Positions 1 to 13,509 of a stretch of DNA of 64,000 bases are shown piece by piece (the stretch's first letter is position 1; every line of letters begins with the position of its first letter). Under the pieces are notes generated by a model, which was not told where the DNA came from, ran no database searches, and worked only from the letters and a program-made list of their open reading frames with translations. The translations under genes and the position numbers were made by a program. Where the stretch lies: positions 2,426,365 through 2,490,364 of the forward strand of contig JAHRHZ010000130.1 in assembly GCA_024137785.1 (NCBI GenBank), in the 5' to 3' direction. This stretch comes from Ginglymostoma cirratum. Its lineage: Eukaryota.

Positions 1-581
1 AGTTGAAGCAACAGCTCAGCATTTACAATCAGCAGGACTGCAATCAGAATTATCGGAAATGGCTAAAATTCAATTGCAAAGGAAGCAGTTTGAATTTGAT
101 AAAATGGCCAGGGACAAAGAATGAGACAAAAGCAAAAGAGAGAGAGAATTGCATTGGAACAAAGAGCAAAATAATTAAAACAGTTTCAATATGAAAGGGA
201 AATAGACCAGTGTGAATTACAGTTGAAGGCTGAAGAAAACAAGAGTAGACGAAGCAAAAGGAAGGGTTCAAGAGAGAAAAGAAAGAAATAAAGAGAGAAA
301 CTTTGAACTTTGTGAAGTGAAAAGTGAGCATCGACTTAAAATGGTGGAGGAAAAGATAAAAGGTGGGAATAGTGATAAAGAACAAACTTATCTTAGCCAA
401 ATGCCTGGTGGGGATCTGTCTAAACATGTCCAAGCATTTTGGAGCAACATCTTTGCAGGTAGGTTTGCTAGTGCTGTTGGGAGGGGTTTAAACTAACCTG
501 GCAGGAGGAGGGGACACAGAGTATCAATGAAAGAGAGACACATCATGCGACAGCAAAGGAAGCAAGTCACAATGAGTTCAG

Positions 582-2723
582 AGATAATAGGAACTGCAGA
601 TGCTGGAGAATCCGAGATAACAAGGTGTGGAGCTGGATGAACACAGCAGGCCAAGCAGCATTAAAGGAACAGGAAAGCTTGACGTTTCGGGCCGAGACCC
701 TTCATCAGAAATGGGGGAGGGGAAGAGGGTTCTGAAATAAATAGGGAGAGACGGGGAGGGGGATAGAAGATGGATAGAGGAGAGGATAGGTGGAGAGGAG
801 ACAGACAAGTCGAAGAGGCGGGAATGGAGCCAGTAAAGGTGACTGTAGGTAGGGGGGTAGGGAGGAGATAGGTCAGTCCAGAGAAGACGGACAGGTCAGG
901 GGGGCAGGATGAGGTTAGTAGATAGAAGCTGGGGGTGCGGCTTGAGGTGGGAGGAGGGGATAGGTGAGAGGAAGAACAGGTTAGGGAGGCGGGGACGAGC
1001 TGGGCTGGTTTTGGGATGCGGTTGGGGGAGGGGAGATTTTGAAGCTTGTGAAATCCACATTGATACCATTGATACCAAGCCTTCGCTTGGTTTCCCCGAT
1101 GTAGAGGAGGTCACAACGCATACAGCGGATGCAGTATACCACATTGGCAGATGTGCAGGTGAACATCTGCCCGATGTGGAAAGTCTTCTTGGGGCCTGGG
1201 ATTGGGGTGAGGGAGGAGGTGTGGGAGCAGGTGGAGCACTTCCTGCGGTTGCAGGGAAAAGTGCCGGGTGTGGTGGAGCTGGAGGGGAGTGTGGAGCGGA
1301 CAAGGGAGTCACGGAGAGAGTTGTCCCTCCGGAAAGCAGATAAGGGTAGGGAGGGAAAAATGTCTTTGGTGGTGGGGTCAGATTGCAGATGGCAGAAGTG
1401 TCGGAGGATGATGCTTTGGATCCGGAGGTTGGTGGGGTGGTAGGTGAGGACGAGGGGGATTCTTTTTTGGTTGTTGTTGCAGGGACGGGGCGTGAGGGAT
1501 GAGTTGCGGGAAATGCGGGAGACATGGTCGAGGGCGTTCTCGACCACTGTGGGGGGGAGGTTGCGGGCCTTGAAGAATGAGGACATCTGAGATGTACGGG
1601 AGTGGAATGCCTCAGCCTGGGAGCAGATGCGGCGGAGGCGAAGGAATTGGCATTTCCCGCAACTCGTCCCTCACACCCCGTCCCTGCACTAACAACCAAA
1701 AAAGAACCCCCCCTCGTCCTCACCTACCACCCCACCAACCTCCGGATCCAACACATCATCCTCCGACACTTCCGCCATCTGCAATCCGACCCCACCACCA
1801 AAGACATTTTTCCCTCCCCACCCTTGTCTGCTTTCAGGAGGGACAACTCTCTCCGTGACTCCCTTGTCCACTCCACACTCCCCTCCAGCCCCACCACACC
1901 CGACACTTTTCCCTGCAACCGCAGGAAGTGCTACACCTGCCCCCACACTTCCCCCCTCACCCCAATCCCAGGCCCGAAGAAGATTTTCCACATCAAGCAG
2001 ATGTTCACCTGCACATCTGCCAATGTGGTATACTGTATCCGCTGTACCCGTTGTGACCTCCTCTACATCGGGGAAACCAAGCGGAGGTTCGGGGACCGCT
2101 TTGCAGAACACCTGCGCTCAGTTCGCAACGAACAACTGCACCTCCCAGTCATGAACCATTTCAACTCCCCCTCCCATTCCTCAGACGACATGGCCTCCTG
2201 CAATGCAACAATGATGCCACCCGAAGGCTGCAGGAACAGCAAATCATATTCAGCCTGGGAACCCTGCAGCCCAATGGTATCAATGTGGATTTCACAAGCT
2301 TCAAAATCTCCCCTCTCCCAACTGCATCCCAAAACCAGCCCAGCTCATCCCCGCCTCCCTAACCTGTTCTTCCTCTCACCTATCCCCTCCTCCCACCTCA
2401 AGCCGCACCCCCATCGTCTATCTACTAACCTCATCCCGCTCCCTTGACCTGTCCGTCCTCCCTGGACTGACCAATCTCCTCCCTACCTCCCCACACTCAC
2501 CTTTACTGGCTCCATCCCACCCTCTTTGACTTGTCTGCCTCCTCTCCACCTATCCTCTCCTCTATCCATCTTCTATCTGCCTCCCCGTCTCTCCCTATTT
2601 ATTTCAGAACCCTCTTCCCCTCCCCCATTTCTGATGAAGGGTCTCGGCCCAAAACGTCAAGCTTTCCTGCTCCTATGACGCTGCTTGGCCTGCTGTGTTC
2701 ATCCAGCTCCACACCTTGTTATC
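582..2723. mobile_element. Penelope-like element: inverted pair of GIY-YIG-encoding 3' segments with a 15-bp TSD
   Basis: Minus arm ~582-1650, plus arm ~1650-2723; both encode CNRRKC..C...NVVYCIRC.RCDLLYIGETKRR (GIY-YIG endonuclease). TCACAATGAGTTCAG is repeated at 567-581 and 2724-2738. Confidence 0.9.
681..708 (-). ncRNA. Minimal hammerhead ribozyme-like core in the PLE terminal repeat
   Basis: Minus strand reads CUGAUGA-A-GGGUC(UC)GGCCC-GAAACGUC: conserved CUGANGA and GAAA boxes, a stem II, and an ACGU palindrome in place of stem III. Confidence 0.65.
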
Positions 2724-3344
2724 TCACAATGAGTTCAGCTATATTGAGTGTCAAGAGAGTAAGGTAAGGCTGAGTGGTCTTTAATGATAGGAGTGTAATA
2801 GGTAAGGCTGATGAGTTAATGGTGTGGATTGACACACAGAAGTGTGATATTGTTGCCATCACAGAAACATGGTTGAGGGAAGGGCTGGACTGGCAACTCA
2901 GTGTCCAAGGTATAGGATCTTTAGGCAAGAGAGAGGAAGGTGTAAAAAAAGTGATATTGTAGCACTGTTGATTCAGGAGTCAATTCCTGCAACAACGAGA
3001 GATGATATTTTGGAAGGGTTCTGAAACCAGGCTTTGTGGGTAGAACTTAGGAATTTTAAGAGTCAGCCACTTTACTAGGAGTGTCTTATAGGCCCTCAAA
3101 GTGTCAGCAGGAAATAGAGAACAAATATGTGGATTGTTCACAGAGGTGTGTAAAAGTAATACTCGGGGATTTCAATTTTCCCAACATAAATTGTGACAGT
3201 CATAGTGTTAAGGGTTGAGAGGGCATGGATTTCTTGATTAATATCTAGGGATTTTTTTTGTATCAAAATGTAGAATGTCCAACAAGGGACAGTGCAGTGC
3301 TGGTTCCGGTTCTGGGAAAAGAAGTCAGAAGCCAAACGTCCCTA

Positions 3345-3529
3345 CCCCAGCCCGAGCCCCCCTCTCTCTATTTATTTCAGAGCCTCCTTCCTCTTCCCCA
3401 TTTCTGAAGAAGGGTCCCAACCTGAAACGTCAGCTTTCCTGCTCCTCTGATACTGCCTGTCCTGCTGTGTTCCTCCAGCTCCACACTGTGTTATCTCAGA
3501 CTCCAGCATCGGCAGTTCTTGCTATCTCA
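3345..3529 (+). mobile_element. Short PLE-derived repeat (family A)
   Basis: Same terminal sequence as 582-800, including ctgaagaagggtc...gaaacgtcagc. Confidence 0.8.
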
Positions 3530-6235
3530 TAAATGTGTTTGATGTGGCGGGGGGACATCATTTTAGTGGTAGCAACCTCAACATGGCACAGTTCAAATTT
3601 ATTCTGGACAAGGAAAAAGATGGCCTTCAAAAGGTGGCTTTGGATTAGGCGAAGGCAAGTTTTATTAAAATAAAGCAAGATGTGACTGCAGTAGCTCCTT
3701 GTGGGTAAACCAACAGCAGACCAGAGGCATTTAAAAAGGAACTGGGGAGGCTACAGGTCCAACAAGTACCCTTTAGAGAAAAATGTAGGAGCAATAAGTT
3801 TAGAGAGCCCTGGATGTCTAGAACAATTCAGGACTGGATGAGGAAGAAGAGAAGGGCTTTTAGCAGTCCAAAGGCAGCAACTGAACTGTGGCCCAAGAAG
3901 AATACAGGAACTGCAGCCGGGAACTTAAGAAAGCAATTAGAAGAGAAAAAAGGGGTCAAGAAAAAGGACTTGCAAACAGGATTAGGGAGAATCCTAATAT
4001 CTTATCTAAATCCATGAAAGGGAAGAGGTTAACCAGGGAAAGAGTAGGGTCATTAGAGACCAAAGGGGCAAACTAGGTATGAAGCCGCAGGATATTGGAA
4101 GGGTCTTAAATGAATACTCCTCTTCAGTTTCACTCTGAAACAAAAAGAGAACATAGATATGGAATTCAGGAAAAGGGACTGTGAGGAGCTTGCATAGTTT
4201 GACATGTGAAATGGGAGGTATTGGAGGCTCTTTCGGGCTTAAAAATGGACAAATCCCCTGGCCTGAACGAATTGCATCTCAGGTTGCTGTGGGAGGAGAG
4301 GCAGGAAATTGCAGTGTCTCAGAGAAAAAAATATTAATTCCTCTCTGGTCATGGGGGCATTGCCAGAGGAGTGGAAGATGGCTAATGTGGTTCGACTTTT
4401 CCAGAAGGATGGTAGAGATGAACCAGGAAATTACAGACCGGTGAGTCTCACGTCAGTGGCAGGGAAGTTCTTGGATAAAATTCTGAAGTGGCAAATTAAT
4501 CCTGTTTGAAAAGGCATGGGTTAATTAGGGCTAGTCAGCATGGCTTTGTCAGAGGGATGTCATGCCTAACAAAGTTTTAGAATTTTTGAAACTATGATCA
4601 AGTGTGTGGATGAGGGAAGTTCCCGTTCATGTAGTTTATATGGCTTTTAGCAAAGCTTGTGACAAGGTCCCACATGGGAGACTGATGAAGAGATTTAAAG
4701 CACATGGAATTGAGTGAAACTTGGTGAGATGGATAAAAAACTAATTTAGTGGTAGGACACAAAGAGTACTGGTAGAAGGCTGTCTGAGTGACTGGATGCC
4801 AATGCTCAGTGGTGTACTGCAAGGATCAGTACTGGGACTCATATTGTTTGTATATGCATAAATGATATAGATGAAAATGTGGGTGGAATGTTAAGCAAAT
4901 TTGCAGATCACACCAAGATTGGTGGAGTGGTTAGTAGTGAAGAAGAGTGTTGTAGGTTACAGGATGATATAGATGGGTTGGTCAGAAAGGCCAACCAGCA
5001 GCAGATGCTATTTAACTCTGATAGATGCGAGGTAATGCACTTTGGAAGAAGATAAAGAATGGGGGTGGATTTAGTGAATGCCAGGACACTGGATAGCTTC
5101 GAGGTTCTTGGCGCAATTTTCACAGATCTCTGAAGTTGGCAGAGCACGTGAATAGGATAGTTAAGAAGGCAAATGGGACGCTTACTTTCGTTAATTCTCG
5201 CATGAAATATAAGAGCAAGAAGGTAAAGTTGGCATTTTACAGAGCGTTGGTTATGCCACATCTGGAGTACTGTGTGCAGTTCTGGTCATTGTACCACAGG
5301 AAGGGTATGATAACACTAGAGGGGTTCACAGAAGGTTCACCAGGAAGTTGCCCGGAATGGAGAAATTGAGCTATAAAGAGAGACAAGGTAGGGTTGGATT
5401 GTTTTCTTTACAGCAGAGAAGAATGAGGAGGAACATGATTGAGGTGTATAGGATTATGCGAGCTATGGTCAGGGAGAGTAGAGGGCAGCTTTCCTCTTGG
5501 TTGAGAGGTCAATCATGAGAGGGCAAAGCTTTAGGGTAAGGTGCAGCAGATTCGTAGGGGATTTGGGAAAAGAAACATTTTCGTTCAGCGGGTGGTGGGA
5601 ATCTGGAATGCACTGCCTGAGAAGGTAATCAAGGCCAGAACACTTACAAATTTAAAAAAAACACTTAGATGAGCACTTCAAATTATCATAACATTCAAGG
5701 ATATGGGACAAGTGCAGGGAATTTGGATAGTGCGCCTTTAGTGGTAGTTACGTTAGTATAAACTCAATGGATCGAATGGCCTTTCTGTGCTGTACGAATC
5801 TCTCAATGAAATAGTGTTGACAAGGTTCGACTCCAAGGACTTAGAAGTCCTTTTCATTTCATTTCAGAAAGTGACCAAAGAAATGAAATGGCCACTGACC
5901 ATGTGACTATTGTTGATTCAAACAAGGTTCGTAGGAAGAGCAAGAGATGATGCATCACTATCAGAAAAGGTATCTTGGGTACGTAATGAGGTGATAAAAG
6001 TAATCTTAAATGCAAATGAAAACGTGTCAACAGCCTACGGAGAGCAGTTTATGAATCAAAGGAAGGAACCTGGTCAAAATTATTTGAAAAGATCAAATAA
6101 ACTAACTTTGATAGGTGGGTAAGGGCATAGAAAATAGATGAAGCGTATAACGTTCTTAGGGTAAGAGACAACTACTTTGGAGGAGTTCAAAAATTCACTT
6201 CCTAAAGTGAATTTAGGCCACAGCTAACTTTTGGA

Positions 6236-6548
6236 TGGCGTGGTGGCTCAGTGGTTAGCACTGTTGCCTCACAGGACCAGGAGCCCAGGTTCGAGCCCAC
6301 CCACAGGCAACTGTCTGTGTGGAGTTTGCACGTTCTCCCTATATGTGCATTGATTTCCTCCCACGGTCCAAAAGTGAGGAAGCTAGGTGGATTAGCCGTG
6401 CTAAATTGCCCTAGTGTGCAGGGTAAGTGGATTAGCCACGGGAAATGCAGGGATAGTGGGGGAGGGGCCTCTTTCAGAGGGGCAGCGATGACTTGATGGG
6501 CTGAATGGCCTACTTACACATTGTGGGGATTCTATGATTCTTCTATGA
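6236..6548 (+). mobile_element. tRNA-derived HE1-like SINE
   Basis: A box TGGCTCAGTGG, B box GGTTCGAGCC, body ctgtctgtgtggagtttgcac, tail ttctatga. Confidence 0.85.
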
Positions 6549-8451
6549 AGCAGTGAGAACTCAAGTGGAAGAACAGAGAGTTAAAACTGCAAGATTGGCA
6601 GACGATCATGAGTTAGCACATAAATCAAAGGTCAATTTCTGACATCAATGTCAATCAAGGAGGAATAGAAGCCCTCAGGTGGTGAGGGAAAAGGGGGCCT
6701 TGTTGATCACAGTAAAGACAGTTTACCACATTCATAAAAGAGGCCCATGTGGGGGGGGCAGAGAATTCAAAAAGTCTCAAGCGTTTTCACTGTAATAAAC
6801 TACGACACATGAAGTTGCAGTGTTGGTGGTTTAAAAAAATAAGCAAGAAAGACGGATGTGATCAAACAGGATAAGCCAGTGGGGTTTGTAAAGTAATAAA
6901 GGATATCACAGTTGAAGCAGAACAACTCCAAAGAAATATACAGCTTGTCCAGGGGTTGGTTGACAAGAAAGTGCCATATCTCTTTAAAGAATTTAGTTGC
7001 ATGGGTAAGGTTTACTCACGTGCACCAGGAGGAGTAGGTAAAGAAATTAAAATTTTAAGCGATACAGGAGCATCACTTGATAGTGATGGATAAGGAGATA
7101 TGCGATTCTGAAAGAATATTGCCAGAAAAGGTGGTGAGAAGAGTCATGTTCCATTGAATGTGGTGAGTTTGGAGAGTCCGATGGAAATTGATGAAGTGGT
7201 GATAAGAGTAACAGAGAAATTCTCAGTTCTGGAAACACAGATTATTCTCGGGACTGATATAGGTGGATCACAGGTGGGAGTAATGGCTACTGTGGTTGAA
7301 ATGCCAGGGGAAAATCAGAAAACTGAGGTGTTATCGGAAGTATATCCTGTGATTTTTTTCCTGACTGTTTGGTAACAAGTTAACAAGGTCACAATGCCAC
7401 AGGTTGAAACAGGAGGAGAAATCCAGAGTGAAGATAAGAGAGTTGAAGTTCAATGAGCAGGTACTGTGTTTGACTGAAAGGTTGCGAAATAAACAGGAAC
7501 AGGTAGAGGACAAAATGGATATTATTAGTTCAGAGAAGTTATCTGAATTACACCGGGAAGCTGAAAAATAAAGCAGTTGTGTCAAAAAGGTATACACAGG
7601 CAAATCTGAGTGTATCCCAAAATATTGCAATCTTAAAAATAAAGTTTGGATGAAGAAATGGAGGCCATTACATTTTCAGGCAGATTAAAAAATGGTCAGA
7701 CCTTCATCAAATGTATTACCGTGGGTTATAGAAAGGAGGGGTCATGGGTAGCACATAAAAAACCAGTAACAGGTCATTTCAAAGTAAGGAAAGCCCAAGC
7801 CAAAATATAATTTTCTTTTCTTGGCCTGACTGCATAAAGATGTGGTTGAATCTTACTGGAAACATCACACGTGTCAGGTAACAGGAAACCTCAGTAGTGA
7901 TAAAACCAGTACACTTAATACCCATTTCAGCATTCCATGAACCTTTTTACAAGAATCTTAATTGTTTGAGTAGGACCCTTCCCCAAAACTAAAAGTGAGA
8001 ATCAATATTTGTTGACCGCAATTAATGTGTCCACAAGATTTACAAAGGCCATTCCATTAAGCAATATCATGGCTAAAAGGATCGATGAAGTGTTACTTAA
8101 ATTTTTTGCTAGATACAGAATACCCGTGTAGAATCATTCTGATCAAGGATCAAATCTTACATTGAAGTATGGGCAATTTAGGAATAAAGCAATTTAAATC
8201 AATGGTGCACCATTCAGAAGTGCAAGGAACATAAAATCAGTGCCATCAAACTTTAAAGGCTATTTTGAGGGCCTGTAGTCAAGAGTATCTAGAGGATTGA
8301 GATAAAAGTACATTTGTACCTTTTGTAATTAGGGATGCAACTAATGAATCAGTTCAATTCAGATCATTTGAATTAATTTCTGGACATGAGGTGAGAGGAT
8401 CACTTAAATTAATTGAGGAAAAATTGGTGAGTCAGATTTCAGACGACAATT

Positions 8452-11400
8452 AAATCAGAGGGCAGTAGAGACGTCACTGAGAGGAATTCTGGGAGATGGC
8501 ACAGCAGTCACCACGACTGGCGAACGGCTCACCACAGGACACCCTCACTGATCGATGTAAGGAAGAATGTCCAATCAGAGGACGGCAGAGACGTCACTGG
8601 ATGAGGGAAGAGATCCTGTGAGGACAATTCAGGGAATTAGGTAGGGAGCAAAAAGGAGGACTACCAGGGTAGGTGGGACCTGTATAAGAAGGACAGTTTG
8701 CACCTGAACTAGAGGTACACCAGTATCATGGGCAGGAGGTTTGCTAGAGCTCTTTGGGAGGGTTTAAACTAGTGTGGTAAAGGGGTGGGAACCGGAACAA
8801 TAGGCCAATAAACGCAGGGACTGAGTGACTGAGTTATGCATAGCGCAGGGTAAGAGCAAACAGAGGGGAGTCGCAGGGCTCAGAGGGACTGGAGGTCTGG
8901 AGTGTATTTACTTCAATGCAAGAAGTATAACAGGTAAACCAGATGAACTAAGAGTATGGAATTATGATATTATTGCCTTTACAGTGACATGGTTAAAGGA
9001 GGAGCAGGACTGGCAGCTTAACATTGCAAGATATCGCTGTTTTAGATGAGACAGAAAGGGAAACAAAGGGGATGGGGGAGTTGCATTGCTGATTAGGGAT
9101 CACATCACTGCTGTGTAGAGGGAGGACACATCGGAGGGATCTTGCAGTAAGGCATTATGGATAGAGCTCAGGAACAGAAAGGTGAAATCACAATGCTGGG
9201 AGTTTTCTATAAACTTCCCAATAGCCCATGCGAGACAGAGGAACAGACATGTAGACAGATTCTGGAGGGGTGTAAAAAAAGCAGGATAGTTGTGGTGGGT
9301 GACTTCAACTTTCCTCTTATTGACTGGGACTCCGTTACAGTCAAAGGCTTGGAATGGAGAGCAGTTTGTTAGATGTGTCCAGGAGGACTTTTTGAGACAG
9401 TATGTTGACAATCCAACTAGAGAGGAGGCCATTTCAGACTTGGTATAAGGAAATGAGCCAGGAAAGGTGATCGATGTTTCAGTAGGAGAGCATTTTGAGC
9501 TTATTAACCATAACTTCTTAAGATTTCGAGTGGTCATGGACAAGGACAAGAGTGGGCCTTGGGTGATGGTGTTTAATTGGGCAAGGACCTCACTCCTTGA
9601 GGAGTATAGAGAAATTAGGAAGGAACTTAAACACAGAATTAGGAAGGCTGAAAGGAGCCATGAAATTTCTCTAGCAAACAGGGTCAAGAAGAATCCCTTG
9701 GCTTTTTATGCATATATTAGAAGAAAGAGGGTAGCAAGGGAAAGAGGAGGGCCCCTCAAGGACAAAGGACGGAAATTATGTGTGGAACCACAGGAAGTGG
9801 GAGAGATCCTTAATAAGTATGTTGTATCAGTATTCACCAAGGAGAAGGACATGACTGATGTTGAGGTCAGGGATGAGTATGTGAATACTCTAGAGAATGT
9901 CAATATATTGAAGGAGGAAGTTTTGAGTATCCTATATTGCATTAAGGTAGGCAAGTCCCCAGGGCCAGATGGGATCTATCCTACGTTAATGTGAGAGGAA
10001 AGAGAAGAAATAGCTGGGGCATTAGCAGATACCTTCACATCCTCTTTGACCCCAGGCGAGGTTCCAGAGGACTGGAGATTAGCCAGTGTTGTTCCCTTGT
10101 TTAAGAAAGGAAGAGGGATAATCCAGGAAATTATAAGTCAGTGAGTCTGATATCTGTGGTGAGGAAGCTCTTGGAGAAGCTACTGAGGAACAGGATACAT
10201 CCATGTTTGGAAGAAAATGGACTAGTTAGTGACAGGCAGCGTGGTTTTGTATGGGGAAAGTCATGTCTCACCAACCTGATCAAATTTTTTGAAAAGGTAA
10301 CAAAGATAATTGATGAGGGAAGAGCTGTGGGTATAGTAGAGATGGACTTTAGGAAGGCATTTGATAAAGTCCCGCATGACAGATTGGTACAAAAACTAAA
10401 ATCACATGGGATTCTGGGTGGGCTGGCAAGATGGATACAAAACCGGCTTGGTCATAGCAAACAGAGGGTAGCGGTGGAAGGATGTTTTTCAGAATGGAGA
10501 CCATTAACCAGACGTGTTCCACAGGGATCAGTCTTAGGTCCTCTGTTGTTTGTAGTATATATAAATGATCTGGAGGAAAATGTGGGTGTTCTGATTATTA
10601 AGTTTTCAGATGACATGAAGATTCGTGAAATAGCTGTTAGTGCCAATGATTGTGAAAGGATACAACAGGATAAAGTTAGATTGATGATTTGGGCACAGAA
10701 ATGGCAGATGGCGTTTAATCCAGACACATGTGAGGTGATGCATTTTGGAGGATCAAATTTAGGTGTGAATTATACTGCAAATGGCAGAACCCTTAGGAAC
10801 ATTAACATACAGATGGATCTGGGCATGCAGGTCCACAGTTCCCTAAAACTGGCAAACAGGTGGCCAAAGTGATTAAGAAGGCATATGGCATGCTTGCCTT
10901 CTTTGGCCGGGGCATGGAGTACAAGAGTTGGCAAAACATCTTGCCACCTCGCCTGTGGTCAAGGAGGATGTAAAGATATCTGCTAATGCCCCAGCTATTT
11001 CTTCCCTTGCCCCTTGCAGCAACCTGGGATAGATCCCATCTGGCCCTGAGGACTTGTCTACCTTAATGAAATTTAGGAGAGTTGAAAAATTTCTCCTTTT
11101 AATATGTTGGCATTCCCTAGAGTATTCACACACACATCCTTTGTTCGGCCAATTTTGGAGTATTGTGTGCAGTTTTGGTGACCACATTACTAGAAGGATG
11201 TGGAAGCTTTGCAGAGAGTTCACCAGGATGTTGTCTGGTCTCGAGGGCATTGGCTGTGAGGAAAGGCTAAAAAGGCTAGGATTGTTTTCACTGGAAAGAC
11301 GGCAGCTGAGAAGAGACCTGATAGAGGTCTACAAAACTATGTGAGGCATAGAAAGCATGGATAGTCAGAGGCTTTTTTCACGGGATTGAAGTTTCAATTA

Positions 11401-11692
11401 CAAGGGGGCATAAGTTCAAGGTGAAATGGAAAGAGTTTAAGGGAGATGTGCGAGGAATGTTTCTCAAGCAGAGAGTGATAGGAGTCTGAATGCACTGCCA
11501 GAGGAGGTGGTAGGAGCAGGTACATTGGCAACATTTAAGAGGTACCTGGATGGTTACATTAGTAGCGAGGGAATAGAGGGATAAGGACCAAATAAGGGCA
11601 GAAGGTTTGTTTTTTAGTTTAGTCAAGACATGTTGGTTGGCATAGGTTGGAGGGCCGAAGGGCCTGTTACTGTGCCACACTTCTCTTCTCTT
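8452..11692 (+). mobile_element. CR1/HER1-like LINE, internally deleted, inserted in the Gypsy integrase
   Basis: Duplicated 5' motif aatcagag..agagacgtcactg (~8454 and ~8573); ORF1 esterase remnant DLYKKDSLHLN ~8680; endonuclease YFNARSI and VVGDFNFP; RT DFRKAFDKVPH, PQGSVLGPLLF and KFSDD; 3' tail. Confidence 0.9.
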
Positions 11693-13509
11693 TTGGTACA
11701 TTATTGGACTATATATCAAATGTTAGAGAGATATTAAATAGAGCAGATGAGTTGGCTAGTCAACATTTAAAAGTAGCACAGCATGTGATGAAACAGGAAG
11801 CAGACAAGATCAATTTTTTGTCGGTTCACTAGTGGAGCTAAAGGGTTAGTATTACCACCAGTGATACACGAACCTTTAAAAGCAAAATTTAGTGACCATT
11901 ATCAAATCAAAAGGAGATTGCGTGAGTTTGATTATTTGATAGGAACATCAGAAGTAAGGAAAACTCACAGAGTATGTCGTGTGAATATGTAAATATTTTG
12001 ATGGGGAAGGAAAACAAAAGGAGAATATGCTACCCGTTACAACTCAAAGTGAAAAACCAAATCCAGATGATTCTGAATTTGACTTTCTTCAAATTAAATT
12101 GGACAATGAGGAAGTTCTCAAAAATTGGGATAAATTATCATGTTACCTTCCACAGGAAAATAAAAATGACCTGAAAGTGTTTATTACAATCACATGGAGA
12201 GATATGTAGGAACAAGCTGGGAAGTAGTAAACTGATGATGTATGATGTAGATATGAAAAATGTTTTTCCAATTAAGCAACATCCTTCTAGGCTTAACACT
12301 TTAAAATCAGCACAGTTTCAAAAAGAAATGAAAATCATGCTCACAGATGAAATAATCAAAGCAAGTTGCAATGAATAAAGTTCATCCATAGTGATAGCAT
12401 CAAAACCAGATTGGTACCCAATGATTCTGTGCGGACTATCGCAAAGTCAATGCAGTTACAAAATCCAATTCATTATCATATTCTATGTTTGGAAAACTGT
12501 ATTGAGAAGGTGGGGCAAGCAACTTATATTTCAAAGTTGGACTGACTGAGAGGGTACTGCCTGGTACTTTTATTCAAAAGTGTGAAGGAAGTTGCAGCTT
12601 ACGTGACACTGAGTGGCCTCTAACAGTTTCAAGTCATGACATTTGGTACAAAGAATGCACCAGCCATATTTCAAAGACTAATCAATAAGATCATTTCAGG
12701 TTACCCAGTTGTGTGGTGTACATAGACGATCTGGTGATTTTTAGTCAGACATGGAAGGAACATTTGGAGATCTAGTGGAGGTGTTCAGGAGGTGGGCTTG
12801 GTGTTAAACCTGGCTTAGAGTGATTTCATAAAACCCCAAGTCATGTTCCCATATCATGATGACTATACGATGACTAATGATGAATAATGTTAGACTATAT
12901 CGTTGGACAAGGACAGATGGCCCTACAGGATGTGAAAACAAATGTTGTTGGGCAGTTTCCCATGCCATTAATGAAGAGGAAAGTACTAAGATTCCTGGCA
13001 GTAATGGTTTTTATCAAATATTTCTCCTGAATTTTAGCAGAGTGGCTGCTCCACTGACTGACACGTTGAAGAAGTGCAGAAATCTTCGGTGGATGGAGAA
13101 ATGTCAGAAGACATTTCATAGCCGGAAAGCTGAGTGGACCACCCCTCAGCTGTTAGCAATACCAAATTACACAAAGCCATTCAAGTTGGACGTCGATGTA
13201 AGTGAAGTGGGTGTCAGTGATGTATTCCTACAGGAAGAAAATGAAAGAGAAATTTGGACAAATACAGGGATAGGAAAGATTTAGAAGGATATGGATGCAT
13301 TGCAGGGAAATGGGCTTAGCATGGACGGACATTTTGGTCAGCACAGGCCAGTTTTGGCCAAAGGGCGTGTCTCCATGCTGTAGGACTCTATGACTCAATA
13401 AAACAAGAGGATGGAAAGACCTATTGGGTACTTATCCTGAAAGTTGAATTTTCAGCCATTGAGAAAGGACGTCAAGTTTGGTATTGATGTTGCAACATTT
13501 TAACATGTG

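Larger units (their letters stand above)
439..5813 (+). mobile_element. CR1/HER1-like LINE, decayed, inserted in Gypsy gag
   Basis: End of ORF1 ~450-500; AP endonuclease DIVAITETWL ~2850; RT PGNYRPVSLTSV ~4430 and QGSVLG ~4820; PHLEYCVQFW ~5260; 3' tail to ~5800. Confidence 0.9.
1..13505 (+). mobile_element. Decayed Gypsy-superfamily LTR retrotransposon internal region with Gmr1-like domain order, in pieces (~1-438, ~5814-8450, ~11693-13505)
   Basis: Gag reads across the first LINE (GDLSKHVQA | LTRFDSKDLEVLFISFQKVTKEMKWP). Decayed Zn knuckle FHCNKLRHMKLQC ~6785-6825; protease ILSDTGAS ~7050-7075; integrase GPFPKTKSENQYLL and SDQGSN ~7970-8160 with its C-terminus ~11700-11990; RT DYRKVNAVT and VYIDDLVIFS ~12430-12745; RNase H PFKLDVDVS ~13177-13205. 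Many stops and frameshifts. Confidence 0.85.

Noticed and set aside
896-1723. 275-aa Pro/Ser-rich ORF and overlapping ORFs
   Set aside because: Alternative frames of the C-rich PLE sequence.
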